From NCBI RefSeq assembly GCF_009914755.1, contig NC_060938.1: a stretch of DNA of 64,000 nucleotides. One strand, written 5' to 3'. Positions 28,184 through 42,330 of the stretch are shown here, piece after piece. The DNA is from the human T2T-CHM13v2.0 reference genome, Homo sapiens. The notes beneath the pieces were generated by a model. That model had not been told where the DNA came from. It saw only the letters and a list, made by a program, of their open reading frames with translations, and did not search any database. The position numbers and the translations under genes are program-made. Position 1 is the stretch's first letter. Every line of letters starts with the position of its first letter.

Positions 28184-30315
28184 CCTCCAACTAGCAAACA
28201 ATTCTCTTTCATCCTACTGAATTATCTAAAAATTAAAAAGACCAAGTCAAATCAAAATAGCAGTACTAAATTTGCAGAACTCAGAGTGTGCACTAAAGGA
28301 AAACATTTAAAATGTATACCAGGAGAGTATAATGAGAATGGAACTAGACTAGTACTATTTAAACGTTTTTTTTTTTAAATTTATGGGTAACCGCCATTTC
28401 CTCTCAGTTCAACCTGGAGATTAGATTGCAATGATATATAGATGCTATTAAGATGAAGATTATAGGGCTATATTCTGGTCCCCAAGAGCCGCTAATTGAA
28501 TTGTTCCTATGATAATGGATACGTGTTGAATAGCTCTGTGCAGAAAGAAACTAATTTATTTCCTGTGATCCATTTTATGCTCAACCCATAGGCAAAGCCA
28601 ACTAAAAACATTCAGCATTTATTCAGCCTCTGCAAGTCCTCATCCTAAAGGTAACATTTCAGCCACTTTTCTAAATGATGATATATACCTGAAGCCAAGA
28701 TATCCACAGGATGGAATTATTTTATCAAAGTTAATTTATCCACAGAATCACCACCTTAAAGTTTTCTGTCAAAGGTGAGTGGCCAAGGCAGAATTGAATT
28801 ATGTTGCCTACGCAAGAGAAGGAAAAGAGAAGATAACGTGTGAAAGATTCAATTCTATCTCTAATAGGCTTTTTTCTTTCCGACACATTTGGTTTAGCTG
28901 TTTTCCAGAAATCAGCTTGAGAAGGATGTGTGTGTGAGAGAGAGAGCTCACGCACATATGCTGCATGCATAACACACCCTGAAATTATTTACGACTTTTA
29001 ATTTAGATGATTAGAGTTTTGATAAAGTCTAGTTGCCCTCCCAATTTACTATAGAGATGAGAAAAATAAGTATGTATTATAAAATATAATGCAAATTTAT
29101 ACGCTATGTGTGTTTCAATGAAGTAAATTTACATGGCTTCAAGGTTTCATTTGAGCTCCCGTATGAAAATTCAATAGCTTTCCTGAAACCTTTCCCATCC
29201 ATCTCTGCATGAAAATTGGCTCTAGAATCCTCATGCAAAGCAGGATCCCAAGTGATATTCTTGGCACTCACACATTTACACCTAATGGATTCCAAAAGTG
29301 AGACAGCACATGAAAATGAGAAAGTATGATAAAATAGGTTCAAATAATGGCAACACGAATAAAAAGCAAAAATGTTGAACATTATGTTAAGATTAAGAGC
29401 TGAAGGATTTTTCTATTTTATATAAAAATGGAACCATTTAAAAAGTAACTAAAATCACCCTCCTTTTTTCTTCCTTTTGATCTTTTATTAAACTATACTG
29501 ACAAATTCTGTTCTCCTGATGGAATTATCTGTAGACCCCCTGTGCTACTTGACTTCATGTACATGCACAGTGAAGTCTGAGTTATATTACAATAGTTTCT
29601 TTTGTGTGCTTGTACCAATTACCTTCATAATTCTTACTTCTTTCTCCTTATCTCTTTACTCAAAGGTTTTACTTTTGCAGTGTTTGACCAACAAATTGTC
29701 ACTCTCATGCCCTTGGCCAAAACACTGTAGCCTGCTTTATTTTTCCACTATTATTATCCATTAATATATATATTATTCACTCATAACATGTATTTGTTTT
29801 TGGATTCCTCTCATCCCAACTAAAATCTCCATAGGGAATGGTATTGAAAATGGTTTTACATAGTAGGTACAAAATAAATAATTGTTACATGGACTATTTT
29901 TCTTAGAATTCACCCTAGGAAGTTTTCAAAATCTTTGTTAATGATTGCCAGAAAATGTCAGCTCTAGCTAACAAATCTGGGACGTAGACAAGCACAACAA
30001 TATAAGATAGAAGGGAGGGACAAAAATTTGAATTTTCTTAGTTTCTGAAGTCTTCAATGTTAAAGAAAGTTAAAAAACAAGGTAAAGTGCATATTTCGCT
30101 ATAGTGCAAAATGTAGGGAATGGTACAGATGTCTATATCATCAATATAGATGATATAGATATATTTCAAAGAACTCATAAGACACTGACATAAATGAAGG
30201 AATAGATATTGTTTTCAACATCATTTTTATTTGAATTTATCACTTTGAAAGAGACAGGAAGATATGGGAATGAATAGTATAGATATGGTCCTCATTATGA
30301 ATTTCATCTGTAGTA

Positions 30316-30643
30316 TTCATGTTAACTTACTCTGGCAGTGGGAACTCTTCCTCCCTTTCATCCCCTCTGCGCTCCAAACATCAAGTCAGGAGAGAACAGA
30401 CCAATGTAGTTGTAAGGGTTGTGTTTTTCTAATGGGCTTATAAAACACAGGCCCTCCCTTCCTATAACTCTACCTCAGAAAAATAGATTCCTTCTTCTGC
30501 ATGGTCTCAGCATTCTGTGCTCCACTCAGCTGCAGTGCTAAGGGAGGGGAAAGAGCAGAAGGAGAGGGGGAAAAGCATGGCTGATATCCGGAACACTAGG
30601 GGGGACAACACTGCTGAAGAATTTATGATGATAATGTAAACAG
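30316..30643 (+). repeat. 328-bp local direct duplication, copy 2
   Basis: ttcatgttaacttactctggcagtg ... gaagaatttatgatgataatgtaaacag shared with 27856-28183. Confidence 0.97.
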
Positions 30644-30728
30644 GCTGCTATACCATGACCGTGATTTTGATATACCAGGACAAAGAGAACCTGGTCAGGT
30701 AAAATAATTACATCATTTAAAAATTGCC

Positions 30729-31134
<406 letters not shown>

Positions 31135-31284
31135 TTAAACCCATGGATATGCAATCAGGATGGTGAAGTATATAAGTAAAAATTGAAGAATGTGAAATGA
31201 ATTAAAGGGTTTATAACTGTTTTTAAACATTTTCATGATTATCAGGATATAATAGGAAAGATGTTTAATTTCTGTTGTTTTACT

Positions 31285-31560
31285 AACTTAATAAACATAC
31301 GTATTTATGTTGTCCACTATCTGGAACTGTAAATGTTTGTGTAATAGTACACCAGTACACAAATGATGTGGGTACCAACATGGGCAAGACAAACATAGTC
31401 TCTGTGCTTCAGGGAACTACATTGTTGTGGGAAGCAATAGGCTCAAATGCACTGAATTTGGACTAGTGTATAAAATTGTGGGGAAGAAGAATGTAACACA
31501 ATGGAGAAATGCAATCTTCAGAAAATAAATATATTTCTTGTGAAGGACTGAGGTCCTCAT
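31285..31560 (-). mobile_element. L2 3' fragment
   Basis: ggcaagacaaacatagtctctgtgcttcagggaactacattg. Confidence 0.55.
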
Positions 31561-32199
31561 CACTATGACATATTTAAGTTGAAGCTCATCAGTGACTTTA
31601 AAGTGGTTCTCTAGAAAAGCTGAGGGAGAACATGTTAGACAACTGACCCCTAAGGTACTTTCCAACATATTAATTCTATGATTCAGTATTCAAGGGGCTC
31701 AATATCCATGATAGGATTATTCAGTTTATTAAGAATGTTATACAGAAGTAGGAGAAATTTACAATCAAGTTAATTGCATAACTAGCACCTGGAAGATCTG
31801 CACACAGTATCTCCCATTATTACAATAGAATATATAATATAATATGCAAATTCCCAAATTTTGTGTTTGATTGGCTTTGCAGCAGTTTAATCAGCAGTCT
31901 GCACCTCTTCATCATAATTTTCTATTGTGCTTCCCCCACCAAAAAAATTAACATGCTGGTTTTCCATTGGCTTCTTGAAAATATTAGAACTGAATGGTTT
32001 GTGGAACTCATCCAGGGATGCGGTTTTGGAGGAGTCTTCCTTTGCTATTTTTCATAGTACAGAATTTTTATAGAGCTCATTTGATGTGATCTCTCATATA
32101 CATTATGCTTATGAATCTACTTAATTGTGGCAACTGATCAATGGCATCCAGCTTTATATGTGACATTTGCCGGAAGGATAGTCTGCATGATGCATTTTT

Positions 32200-32480
32200 A
32201 TAACTCTTAATAAGTGATAAATGCGGCACTGAGTTAAGTTTACATAGCATACCTGGTGCAGCAAATCCACACAGCTGTTAACAGGTGTGAATACTTGTTT
32301 ACCAGCATTATTGGCATTCGCTCATTTGAGTCAGCTTCCCGGGTTTACTACTGCTGCTAAATGAGTCAAACTTATCTGAATAGCAGTGTCGCCAGTGTCT
32401 GTGTTCTCCAGCACTGCTTAATTTAGAAGAAATCAGCATGACTGGAAAGTGACTTTCTTGCAATTCACCTGAATTTGACC
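32200..32480. promoter_or_regulatory. Candidate enhancer core (AP-1/MARE x2, FOX, E-boxes)
   Basis: TGAGTCAGC 32327-32335, TGAGTCA 32362-32368, TGTTTAC 32296-32302, CAGCTG 32272-32277, CAGGTG 32282-32287; unique sequence with retained CpGs. Motifs only, no functional data. Confidence 0.45.
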
Positions 32481-35400
32481 TTCCCAGATTGGGAACTTGG
32501 TTTCCTGGGCACATATCTGTTGACTCTGGATTCTGCCAAAAAGAGTCTGCCATTCCAGCAATGCGTTTACAATGATCAAACCTTGCTGGAAGGAAACGTT
32601 CATAAATTGAGAAACTGCCTGAATTTACTCAGAAAGAAAGTTTAAAGAATGAAAAAAAGGGGGAGTTTCTTTCCCTGGGGCCTTTTAGTGTATGTTACGC
32701 CCTGGATTCATCTGGTAAGGTTCAAAATCCATGTCTCTCCTGGGTAGGTATTCTCTTTGCAAAATCTCTACCTCTACACCCTGGAGGATCAAGGTTTCAT
32801 GTTTGTTATAAGAGTTAAACTTTACCTAAGCTTTTAGGGAAAATTTGTGCTCCAAGTATTTTTAATTCTGATTCTGGTAGCTGTACTATAAATGTTGTAG
32901 GCATTGAGACAATTTGACAGTGTTTGGATTGTGTTTGACAAATGAGACAACTAATACACGATTGTCTTCCACTGCTGAGAAAGGTTTCTCAGACTTGAAT
33001 GTGAATTTAGGTTGGTTAATATTTCAGTGAACAAAAATGGAATTGCTGAAACTAAACCAGTTTGTCCTCAGTTAGGAAAAGGGTGCATAATTGGTTCAAA
33101 TAGGATTTGGTTTGCGAAGTTGTGAGGGCTGAAGGGATAAAGTCGATAATGTACACCTTCCCCATTAAGACATAATTAAAGAGAAAGTAGCTATTCAGAG
33201 GGAAACACATGGTTAAGAACAAGCACATGGCATGTGATAATCTTTCTCTACACTGCATTTAACCATGTAGGTTTTACTAGAAGCAAAAGAACCCTGACCC
33301 CATCAAGCAAAAATACAATTATAAAACAATCATGTTCATATTCTAAAAGAGAATTGTTATGTGTAACTAAATCAAGCAAAGATTTGGCAAACCAGAGATG
33401 GCTTCTACTGCAGAATTCACAAAAAGTTTGAATAGATGAGGATGGAACTGGGTTTTTCAACCAAATGTAATCTTATTATCTTTGGGCCAATTTCTTCTTA
33501 GCAATGTTTACTAATCCTTTATGCAGTGTTATTTTCCAGCATTATTACAACCACCATAAATGATTAAGAAGATCAAATGTTAGAACTGATTTTTAAAAGC
33601 ACAGTCATTTGCTTTTGTTCTCTAGCCAAATTTAGCATCCTTTCATGTTCTTTATAATTAGTATCTTGGCTCAGATTATAGCCTCACCGCCCGTGAATGT
33701 GTCAAATTCTGGTGTCACTGTGAAAGAGACAGGCAGGCCTCAATGTAAACTATGCTTGGCAATAGCAGGGTTCTAGGAAAGAAGCAACATTGCAATTTAG
33801 CTCTTTTAATTGCACAATTCCTTATAAAAGTTATTTCTTCTTTGTCTTAAGGTTAATATTGAAATGTAGAAACAAAACCCGCCGGTAGCGTTGTCAGCAG
33901 AGTACCCTTTTCCCTTCCTGAAATGACTGCAGACTCAGGGCGTAGTTGAGCAATTACTGAAACCCCAGCATGACTCTTTCAGCTACTAATTAATCCCACT
34001 GTTAGGTGGTAATGGGAGAAAGATCCCGGGGGTTTAGGTTGAAATTCTGTCTAGCTGAGTACTTGAAAATCTGATAGGCTTATAGGAAGAGAGAGCTTTT
34101 AAGCCACGGAGCACATGCATATTGCATAACATACATTATGATGCGGTAAAACATGCACAAGAAAAACCCATGTTTATTGTGTTAACTTGCTAATACACAT
34201 CTTCCTAAACTTTTACTGAAAATCTTTTCTCCTTTCATGATATTAAGGGAAGGAAGAATAATGGTAAAACTCAAGTGTATTTCTCTAGTCTGACCTAGAA
34301 TATTGGGCTAAAAATATTGGGAACTCTTAAGTACGTAAGAGAAAAAGCCTTTAATGTTAAAATAAATAAAATGTATATATTTCCTTTGTGTTTTTAAGAG
34401 AAAATGTGTTCCTGTTCAAACAAAACACAAAGTTAGATAAGGTATTATCTAACAAGAGGCTGGAAAGGGAGTGTCCCTATGAAGTTCACCTTTCCAGAAG
34501 AGTTCTCTGGGTTTAATTTCTATCACTCCCTCCATGCTTGCTTTTTCTTACTTCTATTTAGACACCAGCCCAATTACCTTTTACTGGGTTCCTTTCAAAT
34601 CATCTGAGAAATGCCAGGATTTCAACAAAATCCTCATCTTGTTATTTGAGAAGGTTTCCTACTCTCCAAGTGTCATTTTTATCATTCTTCTTGCTTTCTG
34701 GGAGCAGATCATTGATTGAGTCCTGGCCAAAAATGCTGGAAAGAAACCCATTCTATTTTGACATGCACTTGCTCCCTCCAGTTCTAGATTCATTTCAGGA
34801 TTAAGAAACAGGTCTTATCTGCAGTGCATTGTTAATTGAGGACATGGATAAATATTATCTTGAGTGGAGTTGCCTGACCTCTAAAAAAGACAATAGTGAC
34901 TTAACTAAAGAGCTCCTTCATTGGAGCTCTACTTCCACTATAAAATAATCATAAAGGAATTATGCAAATGTGCCATAATAGCATCATGCCTACTAACATT
35001 CAATCAATTTCAACTCACTTTGAAGAGAACATAAACCATTTTTTCATTATCAGAAAAAAATATCATAAGTAAATTTTATATATTGAAGATATTAAAGAGT
35101 CCACCCTTCTGTAACTCAAATAGATTTAAGTGGAGAATGTCAGAATTAGGTGGAATTCTTTGATATATTTCGGGAAAAAATGAGGTATTTCATTTGTAAA
35201 AGTGTCAAATATCCTTCTCTCACATGCAAACAAATTGCATAGTCAGTTGTTAATAACATGTAGTGCTGTTAGAATTGTGCTTATAACGATTGAGTCTTTT
35301 TATATGTTTCCCATCATAATTCAAGTCTAGGATATTGACCCTAAGCTAAATTCCCCTCATCCTAAAAATTAATAATCATCATCTTCATCATCATCAACAT

Positions 35401-36549
35401 CAGGAGTAAAAAGTAATGAAAGAAGAAGAGCTCTGAAACATGGTTATTTTCTAAGGTTGTAAATTGAGTTATACAAACTTTATAATTAGCCTTTAGAAGA
35501 AAAGCCAGGTCAAATTTTTGTTCAATTAACCTCTTGAGTGTCTCATTAATCAAAACCTACTTAAAGTGATTTTCTTATTCTGAGCATAATGTGATGTAAA
35601 GTACACTATGTTTATAAATTCTCATTATGTCTGTAATAATGTCATAGCAGTAGATTTTTGTTTGTTTCTTTTCATTGGGTTGTTTTTGGTTTTGTTTATT
35701 TATTTGCTATGTCTTTCAAGATGTTTATGAGGGAGGAATTACCTACCCATTTTATGATGTGCACTTTTATGCTTACTAGTCCACTGCTTTAGGAAATATG
35801 AGATACATACAAAAAGGGAAGTTAGTTTAAATTTAAAATGTGTAAGTCATGGTAGACAAGCAGCTCAGAGATTGTATCAATGCTATTACAGTCGCTGACA
35901 GATTTGGAGAATGAAAAAAAAGAGAATCAGATCAGGCAAGTTGAAATCTCCTGCCCTCCATTCTCTCCTAACATTTATATATTCAGTTGGATATGACTGA
36001 AACAGTAATTGCAGTACTTTCTCAATCTGTCCATCACTTTGCTCAATGGTAGCCACAAGGATAAAAATGACACATCTGTAGGTCGTGATAACTTTAAAGG
36101 AAAATGTGTTATAGTGCATTGTGGGTAAAATCGGCAAATGAGCAAGACAGTAGAGTTAATTAAATGTTCTTAAATCAGAATAAAATGACCGTCTTTTATT
36201 TTGAAGGAGACACAAATTCACTGTATTAATTCTTATAGGAATGTCCCTTGTAATAAAGTGAAGCTTGACAGATGAGGAGATAAGGAAGCCTGTGGATTTA
36301 CAATGGGAAAACAGGAACAAATAAATTAACACAGAGAAGATGCTGGATTCATGATATATGCCACCTTTTCTTCAATGTTATTTCAATTGTTTTGGTAATT
36401 CATAGATATGCTTAAACAAAAGTAGCAGAGAACAGTTAGAAGTAAACAAAGTTAGCTCATAAGGAGTAATAATAACCATTAATTGCAAGTGGAGCTGTGA
36501 TAACATTTACAACTTTAATGAAAATACATGTGCAATTTTGGTATATATA

Positions 36550-36645
36550 GGTATAGATTTTATATATATATAAAACATATAAATATATGTGTGTGTGTGG
36601 GCAGGTGTGTATGTGTGTATGTGTAAATATATATATATTATTTAT
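36550..36645. repeat. (TA)n/(TG)n low-complexity tract
   Basis: Direct reading. Confidence 0.8.
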
Positions 36646-37004
36646 ATTTTACTACAACCTGAAATCTACTATAATTCTTGGAAATGAAGAGGAACTCAAT
36701 GAATATTTTTTGAATCCATGACTAAAAGAATAAAACTAGTCATTTCAGTATGTTGATTCTCATCACAAATGTCTGTACAATATTAGTACCAACCTGGTGC
36801 AATTTAAACTGTTAATTTTCTCTAAACAAAATAGGTTTGTCAGTGAATTACTGGGCTTACATAGATCAAAAGGAAGATTTAAAATCTCATTTGACTACAT
36901 TTACATACTAAATATTTTCAAACAGTCATAGTCCTACCTTGTCTAATGCTACCTGCTTTAAGTTGTAAATATAAGTGGTGTATTTGCACACTTGAGCATG
37001 CATA

Positions 37005-37026
37005 TGTGTGTGTGTGTGTGTGTGTG
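37005..37026. repeat. (TG)n microsatellite
   Basis: Direct reading. Confidence 0.9.
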
Positions 37027-38779
37027 CTCACACATGTGCAGGAGAGTGCATGGTTTTCCTGACTGGACATCTTTTGACTTGGCAAAGGTTATTTTTACTG
37101 CCGGGCAATGCTATCTGCACTGTAATGAGGAGATTAATTTGACTTTTAATGTCAGCAATATGATTACAAAGTGAGCTTTGGGTTATAAACCAGTGTTCAT
37201 ATTTACAATTGCCAGTGGCAAGATTTGAGACTTTTAGACAGTATTGTTATTTCTCTAAGCTTTACTTTTTTTGTTAAAAATAAGGACATATCTATATTTA
37301 TTATGAGTACCATCCACAGGTCTTTAGAGATACATGTTATTTTGAGGCTATTTTGGAAGCCATCCTCTTCCTAGCCTCTGTCCCCTTTTATCCATCTTTA
37401 TCCTATAGATATATTCTAGGAAACCCTTCCCAATAAAAAAAGTCTAGGAAAGAAAAACCCTTAGAATTTGACAATACAAATTCAATGTGAAGATAAATTA
37501 AGAAAGAGTCAAGAGAAGGTTCTACTTAAAAATGACACTTCAATGTGTTTTTTGTACACGGTTTCATTTTCTTTTCTACAGATATCATAGCTTTGGAGAC
37601 ATGATCATGGGTAGTTTATCTCTATTTGCACTGTGCTCCCATATCTAAGACTTTATGATAGCCTCAAGCACCTAGTCTTCTCTAAGCTCAACATTCAGCC
37701 CTTTAGCCAGAGTAAACACTAAACTTCACAGTCATCAGAATTTCAGATTAGCTGGGAATTCCTTGTCATGGTGCACAGAAATCCTTAGACTAGACATTTT
37801 CTAGTTTTCTGCACAAAATAACCTTCTTAATACCTCCTGCCTGTACTATTCCTCATGTCTACAACTAAATCTTTAGTGTATTACTATTCTCTAGTTTCTG
37901 CTAGGTACATCTTTCTCTTAGGCAAATTTCCTTTTTCTTCCCCAGTATCAATCACATGCTGAATTACCATTTCTTCTAAAAACCATTCCATCGCAATCTT
38001 GCTTTTTTTATTTACATGATTAAGTGCATTTGTTCCAATTGCTTTTTATCCAATTTTCTCATCTCTTTCTACTGATCTGTGTTGCAATTTCTCAACTATT
38101 TCCTGCTGGAATCCAACCTAAGTCAGTTCTGCCTGTTTTTGTTCTGAGTTTAAATATATTCTTATTGATGAAGTTTATGAAATTGTATTATAAAGAAAAA
38201 GGAACTAATGTGCAAATTAGTAAAAAGGAACTCTCTTTCTTTCTAAGATGTTAACATACCGCTAGTCCTAGATAATATTTGTATAAAATACCTTAATGAA
38301 TATAAATTGGATATATATTTTTACTGTTGATACTGCTAATTTTAAAAATATATAATTCCTTAAGGGCAAAGACCATGTATTTTTTTCCTTATATACTCAA
38401 TAATATACATTAGTTAGATCATCAATTTTTTTTAACATAACCTGGATAGTGGAATTCATTTTCTTTGTTTAGCTGTGTCATGAAGACTTCACAGGCTTAT
38501 CAATCTTAATAAACAATGGATCTTAGTTCCAGTATTGAGCTCTCACTTAAGCTTTTTTTATCTAAGCATTTGTAGAAAATTGACTAGTTGTTTACTATTC
38601 TCTCATTCCCTTTTGCTTTTAAATTTTTCACCTAACCTTGCCATGGAACTAAATTATAGCAACTGGAATATTGATGGGAATGATATATGCAACTCCAAAC
38701 TCTGCCCCTAAAAACATCCAGTGCAATTCTCCCTATATTCTCACTCTTTTCTTTTTTATCAACAAGATGCTGAAAACAT

Positions 38780-39020
38780 AATGCCAGCCTTAAAAACTTG
38801 AGGGATGGCAGAACCATTAGATGGAAGAAACTGGGGTTTCTGAATGACTATGTGAGCAGATCCACTCCATTCTTCAACCTGCGTTGAGCTATTAGGTTGG
38901 TGCAAAAGAATCGCGGTTTTTCAGATTAAAAGTAAAGGCAAAAACCACGATTACTTTTGCACCAACCTAATGTAATGTGAATGAGAAATAAACTGTTACT
39001 GTGTTAAAACACTTACATGT
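38780..39020 (+). mobile_element. MLT1J/I-like LTR 3' part, split by MADE1
   Basis: gagggatggcagaaccattagatggaagaaactggggtttctgaatgac ... tgagaaataaactgttactgtgttaaaacact. Confidence 0.7.
38892..38970. mobile_element. MADE1 (Hsmar1 MITE)
   Basis: TIRs ttaggttggtgcaaaag / cttttgcaccaacctaa; preceded by TA; 79 bp. Confidence 0.95.
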
Positions 39021-39276
39021 TTCTATTGATGACCAATTCAAAACACAGAATGTTAATACATTAAATCACTTAACTGTCACAGGAAGACTATGGGGTAGGA
39101 TTAGATTTAAGAAAAGCTGAGGAATTCCTGAAAGAACCTCTATGTCAGAACTCACATAAAAGCAAATGAAGAATTCACACTGAAGAGAGACTAATACCTG
39201 CTTTAAAATTTCTAGATCATATCATGTATAAATAGCATCTGACTCACAGAAAGTACACATAAGAATAAAATTAAAG

Positions 39277-39582
39277 TGCTAGGCATGGTGGCTCACCCCT
39301 AAAATCCCAAGACTTTGGGAGGCTGAGGTGGGCAGATCACCTGAGGTCAGGAGCTCAAGACTAGCCTGCCCAACACGGTGGAACCCTGTCTCTACTAAAA
39401 ATACGAAAATTAGCTGGGCGTGTTAGCACACGCCTGTAATCCCATCTCTTGGGAGGCTGAGGCAGGAGAATCGCTTGAACCTGGGAGGTTTGGTTGCAGT
39501 AAGCGCAGGTTGCACCACAGCACTCCACCCTGGGTGATAAAATGAGATTCTATCTTTACAAAAAAGTAAAAAGAAAAAAGAA
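39277..39582 (+). mobile_element. AluSx-like
   Basis: gatcacctgaggtcaggag; degenerate TSD aagaataaaattaaagt / aagaataaggtgaaagt. Confidence 0.9.
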
Positions 39583-39996
39583 AGAATAAGGTGAAAGTAC
39601 ATAAAATAGCCCTGTAGAGGCTGTAGAATATCAGCTTCGGTGTAAGACAAAGCTCAGTTTAAACCTTGACTCGATTACTACTTTGTTCTATAACTTTTTG
39701 AAATTTACCTCATCTCGCATAGACTAATTCCCTTATTTGTTAAACATAACAATTTTGACCTATAAAGATTTGCATTAAAAATATATTTATAAATATGTAA
39801 ATATATGCATGCATATATGTTTATCTTTACATGTACATATATGGAAAAATGACTAACAATGCCTGTCACATGGAAACACCTAACAAATGATCATAGTTTA
39901 AAGTTATAGACATTAAGATAGCTTAACATAAACATACTGTCTGGACACTCATGGTGAACTGGAAGTCAGTCCATGCATTCTCTTTGACAGACTCAC

Positions 39997-40402
39997 TGTT
40001 ATAGGTCAAATTGTGTCCCCTACCAAGTTCAGATGTTGTTGTCCCAAGACCCAGTATTTTAGCTTGTGATCTTATTTGTAGATAGGATCTTTACAGAGGC
40101 AATCAAGTTAAACTGAGTCAAGTTACAATAAGATCATTAGAATGCATTCTTATTTAAAGGGGAAATGAGACAGATAACGCATTTAGGGAGAATGCCATGT
40201 GAACACGAAGAGGGCCATCTACAAGCCAGTGAAAGAGGCCTGGAACAGATCCTTCCTCACGAACCTCAGAAGGAATCAACCTTGCTAACACCTTGATTTC
40301 AAACTTCCAGGCTCCAGAACTATAAGACAGTAAATTTCCATTGTTTATACTAGCCAGTTAGTTTGTGGTACTTTGTTACAGCAGCCCTATCAAACTAGTA
40401 CA
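39997..40402 (+). mobile_element. MLT1B MaLR LTR
   Basis: tgttataggtcaaattgtgtcccc ... ccatctacaagcca ... tttgtggtactttgttacagcagccctatcaaactagtaca. Confidence 0.9.
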
Positions 40403-41519
40403 TGTTAACTATTTAAATTTTGTTTTAGAAATAAAAGAATAATATAAAATCTCTCAAGACAATTGGGAAACAATAATTGCTGACAGAACACTTCTGCTTC
40501 TGCCATTGCCGCCACCGGTGAAAGACTGAGCTTTGTGTAAGGCCCCATCGGCAGAGGCATAGCATCTTAGTTCAACACAAACCCTCTGATGTCTTGAGGG
40601 GAAGAGGCTAAAAGTAAAATATTGGTTTCACTGACCCCTGCACTTCGGATAACAACCTCCATTATACTACTGTGGTAGAGGTCCCTATTCCCTTTGCCTT
40701 TTCAATGTGTGAAAACTTGATATCCTTAAGAGGTCTGCAAGACATTGCAAATCACAAACTTTCTAGAAAAAAAAAATCAGGTGTACATTTGTCCTGAGGG
40801 AAATATTAATTCCTAAACATTTTTTCTTTGTGGAACTAGAAACAGAGCATTAAAGAGGAAGTATTTAAACAAAGTTTCAAAGTTAACACATTTTTTAAGG
40901 GGTTGTTTTTGGTGGTTTGAGGTATTTTGGCACTTTTTAAAATTTGTGTTCATGGTATTAACACTGGGAAAGATATTGGTAAACTACATCATTTTTAAAT
41001 CTTAGATTTTAAAGCAGGTCTTGCTTTTATGTGAGTTCTGACATGCAGGTTTTTTCAGGAATTTCTCAGCTTTTCTTAAATCTAATCCTCCCCCATAGTT
41101 CTTCCTGTGACAGTTAAGTGATTTAATGTACTAAGATATTGGTAGGCTACAACTATGCTCATTATTGATGAGAATGGTGGCTATCTCTTGGTGGCTACTG
41201 TACTTCCTACTTCTTCAGCAACTATGAAAGGAAACACATGGTGTAAACGGAAGTAGTGAAAACTAGAGCTTAGGAAGCTGGGCTAGGCATGGTAAATTAA
41301 GATTTCTTTTCTAGACTTAGCATCTTTCACATTAGCTGAAATGATGTATTTTTCAGATTGATTCATTTTTATTTTGTAAAGTAAAAATGAATACCTCTGA
41401 AACATGCCTAGTTTATACATTTATTCAATAAATCAAACACAATTCTATTTTTGAGTACATGTTAAAAAATATATAGTCCTGAGCAGCTGTGCAGACCCCC
41501 AAGTAATATATAATATTAA

Positions 41520-41877
41520 TTATGTGTGTATATAGGTAAATAGATACATAGATACATAAATACATAGATACGTAGATAGATGATAGATATTATAAGGAAT
41601 TGGGTTTTATAATTATGGAAACTGGCAAATGCAACAAGGGCTGGTAGGCTTGAGACCCAGGAGAGCTGATTGAGCAGATGAGGTCCAAAGGCAGTCTGCT
41701 GGGGAATTCCTTTGTTCCTGGGGAGGCTAGTCCTTTTGTTCTATTTAGGCTTTTAAGTGATTGGATAAAGCCCACTCACATTATCAAGGGCAGTCTGCTT
41801 ACTCAAAGTTCACTAATTTAAATATTAATCTCATCCAGAAACACCCTCCAAGTTGACACATACAATTAACCATCACA
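41520..41877 (-). mobile_element. MLT2D/C-like ERVL LTR
   Basis: tataaggaattgg, ccaaaggcagtctgctgg, gattggataaagcccactcacatt, caagttgacacatacaattaaccatcaca. Confidence 0.88.
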
Positions 41878-42330
41878 AAGCACCACGGGACTTTCTATTT
41901 GAAACCACAGGGCCAGCCTAGTTCTCAACTTCTCTATCCCTTTCTCTTACTGCTAGAAATTGTTGACTCAACATCAGGACTTTAACAACATTTAATTCTT
42001 ATTATCCCAGGACCTGAGGCCAGAGCAGTTTATACTCATTTAGAAGAACCCTACCATTTTTGCTGTCCTAGCCTGGAGGACACACGCTAATCCCTATACT
42101 TAAACTCTATTTTCATTTCTGTGACTAAAAGGCCCTCTCTTTGTTGTAACTGGCAGTGGATTCCAGCTCTAACTTTTTTCCCTACTGTCAAACCCCTTGT
42201 TCCGAAATTTGCTAAATGTCTGTCTCCTCCTGAGGATTAGGATAATAATTGAGAATTACACATATTGCATGGCGATCTACAGAAGTGTCAGCGTTTCATT
42301 GAATGAGTGTCAGGAATATCTTATAACAAC

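Noticed and set aside
40500-40525. gccgccaccggtg, Kozak-like or CTCF-like
   Set aside because: No ATG follows, and the CTCF match is only partial.
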